This document shows positions 11,702 to 24,863 of a DNA stretch of 64,000 bases, one piece after another. Source of the stretch: the human T2T-CHM13v2.0 reference genome, Homo sapiens; NCBI RefSeq assembly GCF_009914755.1, contig NC_060928.1; one strand, 5' to 3'. A program made the translations under genes and the position numbers. The notes beneath the pieces were generated by a model. It was given only the letters and a program-made list of their open reading frames with translations. It was not told the DNA's origin and ran no database searches. Every line of letters begins with the position of its first letter. Within the stretch, counting starts at the first letter, position 1.

Positions 11702-14335
11702 TTTTTCAACTTTTATTTTAGGTTCAACAAGCGTATGTGCAGGTTTGTTTGACGGGTAAAAGTTGTAACTGAGGTTTGGTGTACAAATGATCCTGTAACC
11801 TAGGTAGTGAGCATAATGCATAATAGGTAGTTTGTCAACGGTCACCCCTCTTCACCCTCTCACCTCTAGTAGTCCCGAGTGTCTGTTGTTCTCATCTTTA
11901 TGTCCACGTGTACTCTATATTTTGCTCTCACTTGTGACTGAAACTATGGAGTCTTTGGTTTTCAGTTCTTACACTAATTTGCGTAGAACAATGGCCTCTA
12001 GCTATATTCATATTGCTGCAAAGGAAATAATTTCATCCGTTTTTATGGCTTTTACTGTATTCCATGGTATGCTGTACCATGGTACCACATTTTCTTTATT
12101 CAATCCACAGTTGATGGACACCAGGGTTGATTCCATGTCATTGCAACTGTGAATAATGCTGCAATAAACATGCAAGTGCATGTGAATTTTTGGTAGAATG
12201 ATTTATTTTCCTTTGGTATACACCTAGTAATAGGATTTCTGGGTCGAATGGTACTTCTGTTTAATTTCATTGAGAAATCTCCAAACCATTTTTCACAGTT
12301 GCTGAACTAATTTACATTCCCACAAAGAGTGTATATGTGTTTCCTATTCTCAGCAACCTTGCCATCATCTGTTATTTTTTGGTCTTTTTAATAATAAATA
12401 TTCCAACTGATGTTAGATGGTATCTCTGCGACTTTGATCTGCATTTCTCAAATTATTAGTGATGATGTGCATTTTTTTCACATATTTCTTGGCCACATGA
12501 ATGCTATCTTTTGAGAAGTGATTATTCGTAGCCTTTGCCCATTTTTTAAATTGGGTTATTTCTTTTTTGCTTGTTGATTTGTTTAAGTTCCTTATAGATT
12601 CTGGATATGAGAGCTTTGTCCGATATGAAACGTTTTAGTTTAATTAGTTCCCAATTGTCAATTTTTGTTGTTGTTGTAATTGCTTTTGGGGACTTAGCCA
12701 TAAATTATTTGCCAACACTAATGTTCAGAATGGCATTTCCTGTTTTCTTCTAGAATTTGTATTGTATTAGGTGTTACATTTATGTCCTTTTAATCCATCT
12801 TGAATTAATTTTTGTATATTGTGAAAGGTAGGGGCCAGATTCATTCTTTTGCACATTGCTAGTCATTTATCCCAAAACCATTTATTAAATAGGGTGTCCT
12901 TTCCCCATTGCTTGTTATTGTCAACTTTGTTGAAGATTGGATGGTCATAGGTGTGTGGCTTTATTACTGGATTCTATACTCTGTTCCATTGACTTATGTG
13001 TCTGCTTTTGTATCAGTATCACGCTGTTTGGGTTATATTGTAGCCTTGTAGTATAGTTGGAAGTCAGGTAGTATGATACTTCTGTCTTTGTACATTTTGC
13101 TTAGGAATGCTTCGAATAGTCAGGCTCTTTTTTGCTTGCATATGAGTTTTGGAATATATTCTAATTCTGTGAAAAATGATGTTGGTAGTTTGAGAGAAAT
13201 GGCTTGAATCTGTAGATTGCTTTGGGGAGCATGGCAATTTTAATAATATTGATTCTTCTGTTTCTTAAGAATGGTATCTTTTTTCTTTTTTTTGGATCAT
13301 CTATTATTTCTTTTAGCAAAGTATTGTTGTTGTTCTTGTAGAGATCTTTCACTTCTTTGGTTAAATAAATTACAAGGTATTTTATTATTTTTATGGCTGT
13401 TGTAAATGGGATTGTGTTCTTGATTTTGTTTTCAGTTTGAATATTATTGGTGTATATAAATGCTACTGACTTTTTTCACATTTATTTTGAATCTTGAAGC
13501 TATACCGAGGTTGCTTATCAACTCCAGTACTAGTCTTTTGGTGGAGTCTTTGGGGTTTCCTAGGTATAGAATTCTACGTCAGAAAAGAAAGATAATTTGA
13601 TTTCTTATTTTACTATTTTGATGCCTTTTATTTTTCTCTCTTGCCTGATTACTCTGAATAGGACTTCCAGGACTATACTGAATAAGAGTGGTGAGAGTAG
13701 ACATCTTTGTCTTCTTCCAGTTTTTTTAATTGTTATTTTATTTATTTATTTATTTTTTTATCGAGATGGAGTTTTGCTCTTATCACCAAGGTTGTAGTGC
13801 AGCAGGTGATCTTGGCTCACTGCAACCTCTGCCTCTTGGGTTCAAGTGATTCTCTTGCCTCAGCCTCCCAAGTAGCTGGGAGTACAGTTGCTTGCCACCA
13901 TGCCCGGCTAATTTTTTTGTTTTTTTTTTTCTGTAATTTTAGTAGAAAAGGGGTTTCACCATATTGGTAAGGCTGGTCTCAAACTCCTGACCTCAGGTGA
14001 CCTACCCACCTTGGCCTCCCACAGTGCTGGGATTACAGGCATGAGCCACCATGCCTGACCATCTTCTTCCAGTTCTTAAGGGAGATTCTTTTAGCTTTTG
14101 CCCATTCAGGATAATGTTGGCTGTGGGTTTGTCATAGATGGCTCTTTCTATTTTGAGGTATGTTTCTTTGATGCCTATTTTGTGGAGGGTTTTATTATTG
14201 GATTTTATCAAAGGCATTTTTTTAATCTTTTGAGATGACCATGTGTGGGTTTTCTTGTTTGTTTGTTTTCAATTGTGTTTCTCTGATGAATCACATTTAT
14301 TGATATTCATATGTTGAAGCACCCCTACATCCCAG
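11702..14335 (-). mobile_element. Old primate L1 (L1PA13-16-like), 3'UTR plus degenerate ORF2, interrupted by an Alu
   Basis: T-tail and 3'UTR start at 11702. Minus-strand ORF fragments MKDLYK...IAMLPKAIYRF and [27 protein letters not shown] are L1 ORF2p reverse transcriptase region. Confidence 0.93.
13723..14060 (-). mobile_element. AluS (Sq/Sp-like) nested in the L1
   Basis: Antisense Alu body. TSD tcttcttccagtt at 13710-13722 and 14062-14074. Confidence 0.95.
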
Positions 14336-14480
14336 CTAACTGAATCTGACAGCACATCGAAAAGATAATACATCATGATCAAGTGGGTTTCATCTAAGCA
14401 ATGCAGGGATGGTTTAACATATGCAAGTCAATAAATGTAATACATCACATAAACAGAATTAAAGACCAAAACCACATCAT
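14336..14480 (+). mobile_element. Sense L1 ORF2 (RT) segment at the inversion junction
   Basis: 'cagcacatcgaaaagataatacatcatgatcaagtgggtttcat...tcaataaatgtaatacatcacataaacaga' encodes the HHDQVGF region of ORF2p. Confidence 0.88.
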
Positions 14481-15740
14481 AAAATGAAGTCAATGAGAAA
14501 TTTGGGATTATGTAAAATAACCAAACCTATGAATTCTTGGTATTTCTTTGAGAGAAGAAAAAAAAATTAACAACCTATAAAACACATTCAAGGGAATAAT
14601 TCATAAAAATTTACTTTATCTTTCTAGAAAGGTAGACATCTAGATACAAGAAATCCAGAGAACATCTGCCAGAAACTACACAAAATGAAACATCACTAAG
14701 GCATTCAGTTACAAGACTGTGTAAGGTCAACACTAAAAGAAAAATCTTAAAGGCAGTTGGAGGAAAATGTCAGATCACATGCAAAAGGAACCCCATGAAG
14801 CTAACAGAAGACTTCTCAGCAGAAACCCTACAAGCCAGAAGAGACTGGGGCATGTTTTCAGCATTCTCAAAGAAGAGAAACCTCAACCAAGAATTTCATA
14901 CACTGCCAAACTAAGCTTCACAAGTACCAAAGGAGAAATAAAATCATTTCCAGACAAACAATCACTAAGAAAATTATCACCAGACTAGCCTTACAAAAGA
15001 TCCTTTAAGGAAGTTTTATACATGGAGATGAAAGAATAATATCTGCTAACACAAAGCCACACCTAAATACATAACCCAAAGACCCTTTAAAGAAATTACA
15101 TGATAGAAACTACAAAACCACCAACTAACAACTTCACCGTCGGATCAAAACCTCATTTTAATATTAACTTTGAGTGTGAGTGGTCTTAACACCCCACTTA
15201 AAAGGCACAGAATGAATGGCAAATTGGATTTAAAAAACAAGACCCATCCATCTGCTCTCTTTGAGAGACCAGTCTCACATGTAGCAACACCAATAGACAC
15301 AAACCAAAGAGTTGAAGAAAGATCTATCATACAAATGGAAAACAAAAACGATCAGAGGTCACTATTATTATATCAAATAAATAGACTTTAAATCAACAAC
15401 ATTAAAAAAAAGGACAAAGAAGTGTACTACATGATGATAATGGGTTCAGTATAACAAGATGAGTTAACTATTCTGAATACTTACACACCCAACATTGGAG
15501 CACCTGGATTCATAAAAAAACACTTTTAGACCTATGAAAAGGTTTAGCCACACAATAATTGTGTGGGACTTCAACACCGCACTTACAGTGTTATATTATC
15601 AGGGTAGAAAGCTAACATAGAAATCCTTGATTTAAATCTGACACTTAAAACAATAGGACTTAATAAACATCTATAGAACACTCCACTTATCAACCACAGA
15701 ATACACATACTTCTCATCGGCATACAGAACACACCCTATA
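14481..15740 (+). mobile_element. Sense L1 segment: 3' half of ORF1 and endonuclease N-terminus of ORF2 (degenerate)
   Basis: ORF-track peptide FSILKEEKPQPRISYTAKLSF..GEIKSFPDKQ matches the ORF1p CTD. VSGLNTPLKRHR matches the ORF2p EN NVNGLNAPLKRHR motif. Confidence 0.92.
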
Positions 15741-15899
15741 TAAGAAAATTACTTATATTACTAAAATCTAAATTTATTAATTTGTGTTTTATTGAACTTC
15801 TATCATTAAATTGATTTAATTAGCTAGTATTGTATATAATATTGTTGTATCTAATTAAATTAGAATATGTTTTATTTTTCAGAATTCAGAATTCTATTA

Positions 15900-16500
15900 T
15901 TATCCTCACTCTCACACTTTATATTCACTCCCCTTATCATTGCATTATCTGGCATTTTCTTCAAAATTTTCTGAAATTTTTCTCATCACTATCAATAATA
16001 ATCTCCTTGTTGTTAAATCAAGAAGGATATTTACCTCTATTTTGACCTTTAGCACCATGTGATGCTACATTCTATTGTTTGTTTGGTTTTTTTTAAGCTT
16101 TTACTTAGATTTATAAGATACTCAAGTTTCCTTTAAATCTCTGGCAACTTTTGTTAATATATTTTCCAGGCTTGTCTTCTTATGCTAATAGGTACCATCT
16201 ATAAATAGATAACTTATCAATCCCTATTTTCACCACAGATTGCTCTCTTCATCTCCAGACCTATTGATCCTGGACCTTTCTAATTTGGCTGAAGACAGAT
16301 ACAATAAATGTAACATTTTCAAAAATTAAAATCATATAATTTCCCTTGCATTTCCCATCTCAGCAAAGGACACCTTCCATCAGCAAATACATTTGGCATT
16401 TTTTTATATTCCATCTTCTTCCTTACTCCTCAAATTCAATCACTTAAGGAGGTTCTCCTATGCATGGATCCAATAACTATAAATTTTACTTATCACATTC
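15900..16500 (+). mobile_element. L2 fragment (diverged)
   Basis: 'ccatctataaatagataac...tccctattttcacc...ctccagacc' and 'ttcccatctcagcaaagg' resemble the L2 3' region. Confidence 0.55.
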
Positions 16501-17243
16501 TAGCCAAATAATACCTGTCCCTTAAAAAGGCAGTTTAAATTTTAGTCACTAACTTGTATGAACTATGAAAATTAAATCAATAACATGTTTTGCTGGTATC
16601 TATTTAGTCCACAAAACACTGTGTAAATAACAATTGCATTTCAGTATCAAATAAATGACCGACATGCCATTTATTTCAAAGTCTGTTGGTGATTGGTCTC
16701 TGCCTGTCTGTTACTCAGGCCAAATGCAGGCAACAAAGCATGTTGTGTTGCCTCCTTGATTCCCAGTGATAAGACTTCATGAAAATGTAAAAAAAAAAAA
16801 ATACTCTAAAGAGATAATTGATCAACAAAGATGAAAATTCAGCACAAGTTTTTAAAAATAATACCACTTAAAGTCAAATTCAAAACCAATGTAAAGGAAG
16901 TTATGCAGTAGTTGTTCACAATTGAAATGTTGATATTGCCAGTCTCTGACTAAGAGTCAGAGACTCTTAGTGAAGGTGGACTTACGGATAGATAAGAGAA
17001 CAATGGAGTAAAGGGGATGAAGATATTCCAGAAGAAATGATGTCCAGAAAAAGTTTGCATTAAAGGAATATTCAGAGATATTTTAAGACAGTGAATGCAC
17101 AAAATATAAATTTGGAAGTGGTTCCAAATTTAGAAAGGAATATTAAAATTCCCCAAGAAATAAAAAGGTTGTCTGCTTGATATTGTGTAGGGAGGAAGAA
17201 AGCAAGAACTGCCCAAATTACCCTTGATAAGTTTTTGTAAAGA

Positions 17244-18342
17244 AATACCATTCAGGACATAGGCATGGGCAAGGTCTTCATGTCTAAAACACCAAAAGCA
17301 ATGGCAACAAAAGCCAAAATTGACAGATGGGATCTAATTAAACTAAAGAGCTTCTGCACAGCAAAAGGAACTACCATCAGAGTGAACAGACAGCCTACAG
17401 AATGGGAGAACATTTTTGCAACCTACTCCTCTGACAAAGGGCTAATATCCAGAATCTACAAAGAACTCAAACAAATTTACAAGAAAAAAACAAACAACCC
17501 CATCACAAAGTGGGCAAAGGATATGTACAGACACTTCTCAAAAGAAGACATTTATGCAGCCAACAGACACATGAAAAAATGCTCATCATCACTGGCCATC
17601 AGAGAAATGCAAATCAAAACCACAATGAGATATCATCTCACACCAGTTACAATGGCGATCATTAAAAAGTCAGGAAACAACAGGTGCTGGAGAGGATGTG
17701 GAGAAATAGGAACATTGTTACACTGTTGGTGGGACTGTAAATTAGTTCAACCATTGTGGAAGACAGTGTGGCGATTCCTCAAGGATCTAAAACTAGAAAT
17801 ACCATTTGACCTAGCAATCCCATTACTGGGTATATACCTAAAGGATTATAAATCATGCTGCTATAAAGACACATGCACACGTATGTTTATTGCGGCACTA
17901 TTTACAATAGCAAAGACTTGGAACCAACCCAAATGTCCATCAATGATAGACTGGATTAAGAAAATGTGGCACATATACACCATGGAATACTATGCAGCCA
18001 TAAAAACTGATGAGTTCATGTCCTTCGTAGGGACATGGATGAAGCTGGAAACCATCATTCTCAGCAAACTATTGCAAGGACAAAAAAGCAAACACCACAT
18101 GTTCTCACTCATAGGTGGGAATTGAACAATGAGAACACTTGGACACAGGAAAGGGAACATCACACACCAGGGCCTGTCATGGAGTGGGGGGAGGGGGGAA
18201 TGATAGTATTAGGAGATATACATAATGTAAATGACGAGTTAATGGGTGCAGCACACCAAAATGGTGCATGTATACATATGTAACAAACCTGCACGTTGTG
18301 CACATGTACTCTAGAACTTAAAGTATAATAAAAAAAATTTAA
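17244..18342 (+). mobile_element. 5'-truncated young L1PA (about PA4-PA6), ~1.1 kb
   Basis: Canonical ORF2 3' end, 3'UTR with G-rich tract and polyA. TSD aaagaaata at 17239-17247 and 18343-18351, overlapping the 5' junction by microhomology. Confidence 0.97.
17265..18125 (+). pseudogene. Open C-terminal 286 aa of L1 ORF2p (Cys-rich CCHC domain); not a host gene
   Basis: Contains [18 protein letters not shown] and ends HMFSLIGGN*, the standard ORF2p C-terminus. EN and RT domains are absent. Confidence 0.93.
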
Positions 18343-18769
18343 AAAGAAATAATACACTTTAATTCTGAATGTTTCTGTTATATAGTAAACTATATAAATA
18401 TTAGTTTTGCATTTTTCCATGTCCCTGTACATTTTTAACTGACACATTACTTGTATTGTTTTGACAGAAGTTTTGAAGGTCGTGAAGTAGTCACACTTCT
18501 TCACATTGGTTGTTAAATTGCTACACATGGTTTTAACTTTCATAGTCATTTTTATGATGCTGTAAGACTACATAAAGCAAGTATAGTGTATATAGTGGAT
18601 TCTCCTTTCTCAATATTTCTCTAATCTAGCCACCATAGTATATCCCATTTCTATTGTAATTTTCAGGATGTGATCATCTATGATCTGAAATAGTAAAACA
18701 ATTTATTAGATTAATTTCTCCTAAATTTTACTTTACGTTTTTGAGAAAGCTATTCTTTTTGGAACTTCT

Positions 18770-19146
18770 GGTATTTAAAATTTCTGTATATTTCTTCATT
18801 GCTACCAGGATAAAGTTCAAATTACTTAACGTGCCATAAAAGACTCTTCATATCCTGGTACCTCGCTTACTCCTATGACATCTATAACCTTTTCAAAATA
18901 TATGCCCTAGCCCTACTTAATACCCTCTGTTTTCTAGCTACATTGTAATCATTTTTTTGCCTTAGAGGATTTTTTATTCATGTATTCCAACTGCATTTGA
19001 ATGTTTTGCCTTAGAAAATTTATTCATCCATTTATGCCAGCATTCTTGCCTTAAAGCATTTATTAATTTATTTTATTCTTGTAGTATGTTCCAAGTATGT
19101 AAAAGATAACAAGTATAGAGGTTTTAGTAAAATTTAGTGAATGAAT
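18770..19146 (+). mobile_element. L2 3' fragment
   Basis: 'caggataaagttcaaattacttaac...ataaaagactcttcatatcctgg' and the terminal 'gtgaatgaat'. Confidence 0.55.
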
Positions 19147-19199
19147 CCTAATCCTTACACCGTGGCTTGGAAGTAATTAAACAAAAGATCAATATACAA

Positions 19200-20600
19200 T
19201 TTTATACTTATCACAATAAACACATGCTGTTTTGAAAGAGAGTAATTAAGAAAGTTTGGGTGGGGTCAGATAAAACTTCTGAGAAATATTGAATGATATT
19301 GAATTTGCAGACTTGTTTTAAGTGGTTGTGAGGGAGGCTGGAGAGAAAGGTAGAGTTAGCATTTCAAAAGGAGAAAAACATACATGTAAAGGGCTTATGT
19401 AGCATGTCTTGGGCAAGATTACTTTGTACTTGGAAAATTAAAAGGGTAAAAATCAGATTGGGGAATGGGGACAGAAAATGAAAAATGCAAAGCGATAAAT
19501 AGCACAGATACAAAGATGATCCTAGATGTGCGGCAAAACATGGATGCATGCATGTTAATGAAATTTGTTCTACAGAGAACTTTGGAAGAGAACCAATATT
19601 GGATGGGGGTAGGATTATAAACAAAGGGATTGAGCAATACTCTAATAGATATATTAAGAATGCAGTTAGATTTATACAACTGAAACTCAGAGGCCAAGTC
19701 TTGACTAGAGATAAAAAATATGAATATTAGCAATTTGATATAGGTAAATACTGAAGTTCCAGCATATTTGATATTTTATTTAGGGAGCAAATGTGGAAGC
19801 TGAGAAAGGGTCTAGTCCCAATCATTAAATTATCCCAATATTTAATGGATAGGTAAGTGAGAGAAACAATAAAAAGTAGATTAAATAGGTAGATGAGATG
19901 CAGTAGAATATAGTAACACAAAATTCTAGAAGAGATAGTATTTAAAAAAATATTGAATGTGAATTTTAAATGCAGTTTTGATTTAAAATAAGTTTAGGAA
20001 TTGGAATATACCTTGGCTTTAGTGATACTGAGATTATTGGCCAAAGACTAGAAAAAAATTGAGGTGGTATGTGTGTGTATGTGTATTCAAATTTGATTAC
20101 AGAACAAAGATAGATGGTACAGAAGCAAATTTTGTATTTGTCTTAGCAGAGCAGCAATTCCTCTTTTCCAGTGGAAGGGAGCAAGGAAAAGATAGGTGCA
20201 TATCACACAGCTTTCATTGTCTGGTAGAGGAAAGCTGGAGAACATCCTGTATGATGGTTTCTATTTCCTCTTTTATGCAGATAATATACAATGAACTTAC
20301 TGAGATTAGGAAATTCATAGAAAGATTTGACCAAGGGAAAAAATGAATGATGTGGCATGGAGCAGAGGAATTCAATCAGAAGGCCAAAGTTTTGGATAAA
20401 CCAAATTATACACACATCACAGACACTGGTGCCAAGTATGAGATGGACAGTAAGACATTAGACCAATGGTCAAAATATTTGATTCAATGCAGGACAATAA
20501 TAGATTACAACAAGAAGGGAAGGGAAGATGATGGCATATCTCGATATCATGAATCATGAAAGAGAAAGCTTTGATCATGATGATGAATGAAGTTTTAGAA
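19200..20600 (-). mobile_element. L2 antisense fragments
   Basis: Purine-rich diverged tract with 'tgaaactcagaggccaagtcttgactagagataaaaaatatgaatattagc', typical of antisense L2. Confidence 0.55.
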
Positions 20601-22686
20601 GTGGCAGTGGTGTCTGGGAGTGTAATTAGGAGAATAGTAACCTAACTTTATAACATTCTTTAATGATGTTGGTCCTTGTTCTTCAAAATCCTGAATGCAA
20701 ATATCAGAGCTTTCCAGTCGATTAAAGAGGGAGTCAGACATATAGCCACTGTGATCAGTCTAAATACCCTGTTAGGGACGGACAGTAAATATTTTAATTT
20801 AAAAATATTCATAGAGAAATGATAAAATGATTTGTCTTTTCAATAAAATCTTAATATGCTTAAGTTACCTATAGTTTAATTGAGAGAGGTACACAGTGGC
20901 ACTAAAGAAATATAGCAAATATGAGAATTAGATCTATATAGAAAGTATAAATAGAACCATCAGCACATGAGTTGGTCATAACAAAATTGATAAGAAGCTG
21001 ACGACATTTTTGTGAGAATTACTTTATCAAAATACCCACAGACTGGAGAGAAAGGGACTATGAATATTTGAGACTTAAAATTACCCTTCTGCCTACCTAT
21101 CTGTGGACAAGAAGTAAACTAAACAAACTGCTCATCCCTCAAGACAGTCATTTTCCCTGACATCTTCACAGAAGTTGCTAGAGAAGATGAGGGAAATGAA
21201 TCTCCAAAAACAGCCGTGAAGAATAAATAACAGGAGAGCCACATTTAGGGGACTGAATTGAACTGATTTTAAAAACTCTGTTACATTGGCAAGAATTTAT
21301 CTAGTATGTAAAGGGTGGTCTGAGTTTTTCTTTACCTGTTCTCTTTCTATAAATAAGACAACTGATTAAAAGAAAATTAGAAGGTGTACACATAGAAAGA
21401 ATCAGGAAAATGCAGGAGTCAAATGTAGAAGTGGGCGTTCAGCAGTGTTGCCCTAACTCAGTCTTTCTGTGGCTAGAAGACAGCCTATATTCAATGGAGT
21501 GTATGATCCTCTTTCTTAACTTCTAATTACTACCACGTGGTGGATCCCCTTTCTTCCCCTCCTACCTGCTACTTCTTTGAATTAGTTAGATCAGGTGCCT
21601 TTCCCTTAATAGCACAGAGCCAGAGCAATCATCCTGATGTGCCCATCTATAGTGATGGCACTGGTAATTTAAACTGAAGCTGCACTTTGATTACAGTTGA
21701 GTCTAGATAAAATTAAATCAGATTGCAAAGATATGTATATATAGACATACACATATGTGATGTTTTTAAGGTGATGTATCTAAAATACTCTATTGATTTC
21801 ACCATAGTTATGTTTAAAACATTGAATTTGCAGGACATATAGATTAGGACTGAAGAAGTTTTTGTGGTGGATAAACCAGAAAATTAATTATTGTCTAGTT
21901 TATCAATTTTTTATAATGTAATTTAGGTCTTTAATATACATGGATGATAAGAAATAGTCTTTAAGGAGCCTCAAGTTTAGAGAAGGTTTAGGCAGAGAGA
22001 GATACTGTGCAATAGCGGTACGAAGGCTTTAGGGCTAAAGTAAGTGTTTACCAATCTTACTGTTAAAAAAGTTTCTGGAGGTTTTCTGGAAGAAAGAATA
22101 ACTGAAATGAGTAATGAAGGGTGGGAAATAATTGTACATATACATATAAATAGGAGTGGAAAGAAGGTGGTGTGTGGTGAAGATGGGAGGCAAGATAACA
22201 TTATAAGACAGTGAATATTAGCTCAGTATAATGCAAAACAAAAATAAAGGTCATAGATGATGGTAGAGAGCTAGTTACAAGTAAGCAAGAAGAGAACTTG
22301 TAATATTTACTAGTGTGAATTTTATTTTGAAGAATTTGGGGAATATTAAGAGATTTTGTATAGGATATATACTAACCATATTTGTAGTTAAGATATCCAT
22401 TAGTTTGAGGCCACCCCGGGACGTGTCTTGGATCCAGAAAGCTCCCTATTTACTTGAGGCACAATTTCTTCCTGGTACATAGATATGGGTTACATTGTTG
22501 ATAAGATGCAATCTAAAAATCTGGCTAAAGCATAATGTCCCAATTTATGAGAAGGGAAAATTTTGAATTTAATGTGAAGCTTGCTTTGTGTTTTTCTTTA
22601 GACTTGATTCAGACTTTTCTTAAAGACTAATTACAACTCCAATTTTAAATCATACTACTTATGATAAGCTAGTATAAAATGGGAAG

Positions 22687-22955
22687 TGTGTGAAGACAAT
22701 AGCCTTTGGACCAAAAACAAAAAAATGTACGTTTCGCACAATCTTAAAATATTACTATTGTCAAATTTTCATTTTGAAACAGATGATAAGTCTGTTTACT
22801 GATTATAGTTAAAAGGCAGAAAAGTACTTATTTTTCAGCTGAGATTATTGCATATAAAAGATTCCTCTCTAATAGCATAGCAAGATAAATTTTATTATTA
22901 ACCTCTTATGTGCCAGGAAATTTTCTAAACACTTTATCATTACTTACTTCAATGG
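22687..22955 (+). repeat. Ancient diverged direct duplication B, copy 1 (copy 2 at 24864-25149)
   Basis: Colinear anchors aagacaa(t/c)agcct, tgtcaaa, gcagaaaa, attgcat..gattcct, aagataaa, cct(c/g)ttatgt, ttttctaaacacttta. Confidence 0.75.
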
Positions 22956-23239
22956 CTTATAATGTAAAGTTATATTTTTTGACTGTTATATTTTGTTAAT
23001 CACTAGTACTGAAAATCATGTCTGATTTCATAAAAAATAAAAGTAATAAATGTAAATGTTTCATTAAAACAGACTCATCTGTTGTGAGAACAAGGTGTCA
23101 TAACTATAGTGAACCTAGTAGCCACCAACGGGTTAGGCAATGATTGGAGACAGTGTTGGTGGGCTTGAGACCACAAAGGCGACTGAGCTCTTGACAGAAA
23201 AATAAATGCTTTAGACGTCAAACCTGAGTAGTAACAGTA

Positions 23240-23440
23240 GTGGAGCCAGACCTGGGTATAAATCCCAACGATGAAAACGAAGTCTATGACTTGCTGAAGT
23301 TACATAGACTGAATCGCTCTGCCTCATTTTAAAACATTGGAAGCATAATACATTTTGAATAACTGGGATGACTAAATATATGAAAGCATCTAGCATAATT
23401 CCTAGCCCATTAGATGCTACTGAAAGTTCATTTCATTCCT
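23240..23440 (+). mobile_element. MIR
   Basis: 'ggagccagacctgggtataaatccc...ctctgcctcatttt...tatatgaaagcatctagcataattcctagc'. Confidence 0.65.
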
Positions 23441-24863
23441 TCAATTGAATATTTATGTTTAAAAGTATTTCTGTATCTTTTTGTGTTTCTCTGTGTGTGT
23501 GTGTGTGCCTGTGCCTTTTTTATTGTGGTGAGCAGTACTTTTCAGTGCATGTTCTAGATTGGAGGCTTTACATTTCTTTTTCTTTGTTTTTTAAGTGACC
23601 ACAGTAAGCTTATACACACACACACATATACATTATTACATCATATATATACACATAAAATATCATTATTCACAAAAGAATATTTCAAGACTTACTTGGG
23701 TGATGCCCTCTAATATTTAATTTTCTATCCTAGCCGAATCTTTTTTACTTTAATTTAAAGATACCTCCGGTTTCCACACTCTCCAACATCTTCACTAAAG
23801 GATTATACAACCATTAATAAGTCACAATGTGCACATTGAAAGTACTGTCCTAGAAAGGCCTAGGCAACTTGTTCATTTCTCATTAGCGTGCAATGAGAAA
23901 AATAAAAATATCCTAGGAAAATGAGGAGCAATGCACCTTTCAGAGGTAAAGAACAGCTTTGACAGGCCTATCTGAATAGATAATCATAATTGTCTTAAAC
24001 CCTGTGAAGATACCAGATGCCAGCTAATAGGCTGTTGTCTCCTTATAATTTGACTCCTCTCTGTAAAGCCTCTGAATATAACTGACGCAAAGAGAGGCGA
24101 TGAAACCTGAATTTTAATAAACAGCATTTTTGATGAGACTTCCTTATTGTGACAATTCAGTTTTAGAAAATAATTTTTATTGTCTAAAAGCACTCATCAG
24201 CTCTTAATTGAAAAGGAGTATTCAGGCAGCACTGCAAAAATGTAAAGAGTTGCCTAATACATTTGCGCTTCAAAAACCTTGGTCAAGATCTTGACCAACA
24301 AGAAGTAGTGAATTATAACAGATAAAAGATTATATGGATTGCTGAAATATGACATGCATCTTTCCCAAAAAAAAAACTATTAAGGTTTTTTATCATAAAA
24401 TATTGACATATTTTAGTCTCCATTAACATAGTTCAATAAGGCACTTCTTGAAATATATATATAATCTCGGACATTCATGTGAAAGAATCTAGAATTTATT
24501 TTTAACATTTGACTTATAAAATTAAAAGTGTGTGATATAAAATTTTCAATCATCCGAAGAATTTTTATTTTATATTTAACACTAAATACATAATGAATAA
24601 CCATGGCCCTGAAACAAGCAGAATGTGAACGTTCATGCTTGGTAAACTGATTGTGATCAGAGCGTAACCTGAAAATTGGACACGAATTGTACCAGAAATA
24701 TGATCTATTTCAACTTCTGTATAAATTTTTTGTGATTTTTGGTACTGACTTGACTGAAAAGCATGTATTGGAAATTATAATGGTTATGTGATGCTAGTTT
24801 TTAAATTAAAGACTTAGTAAAATTTTAAATTAAAATATATCTGTGAAACCACTGGAAATAGCA

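Noticed and set aside
20700-21700. Possible ancient Gypsy-like LTR
   Set aside because: Only a vague compositional resemblance; I cannot define termini or family
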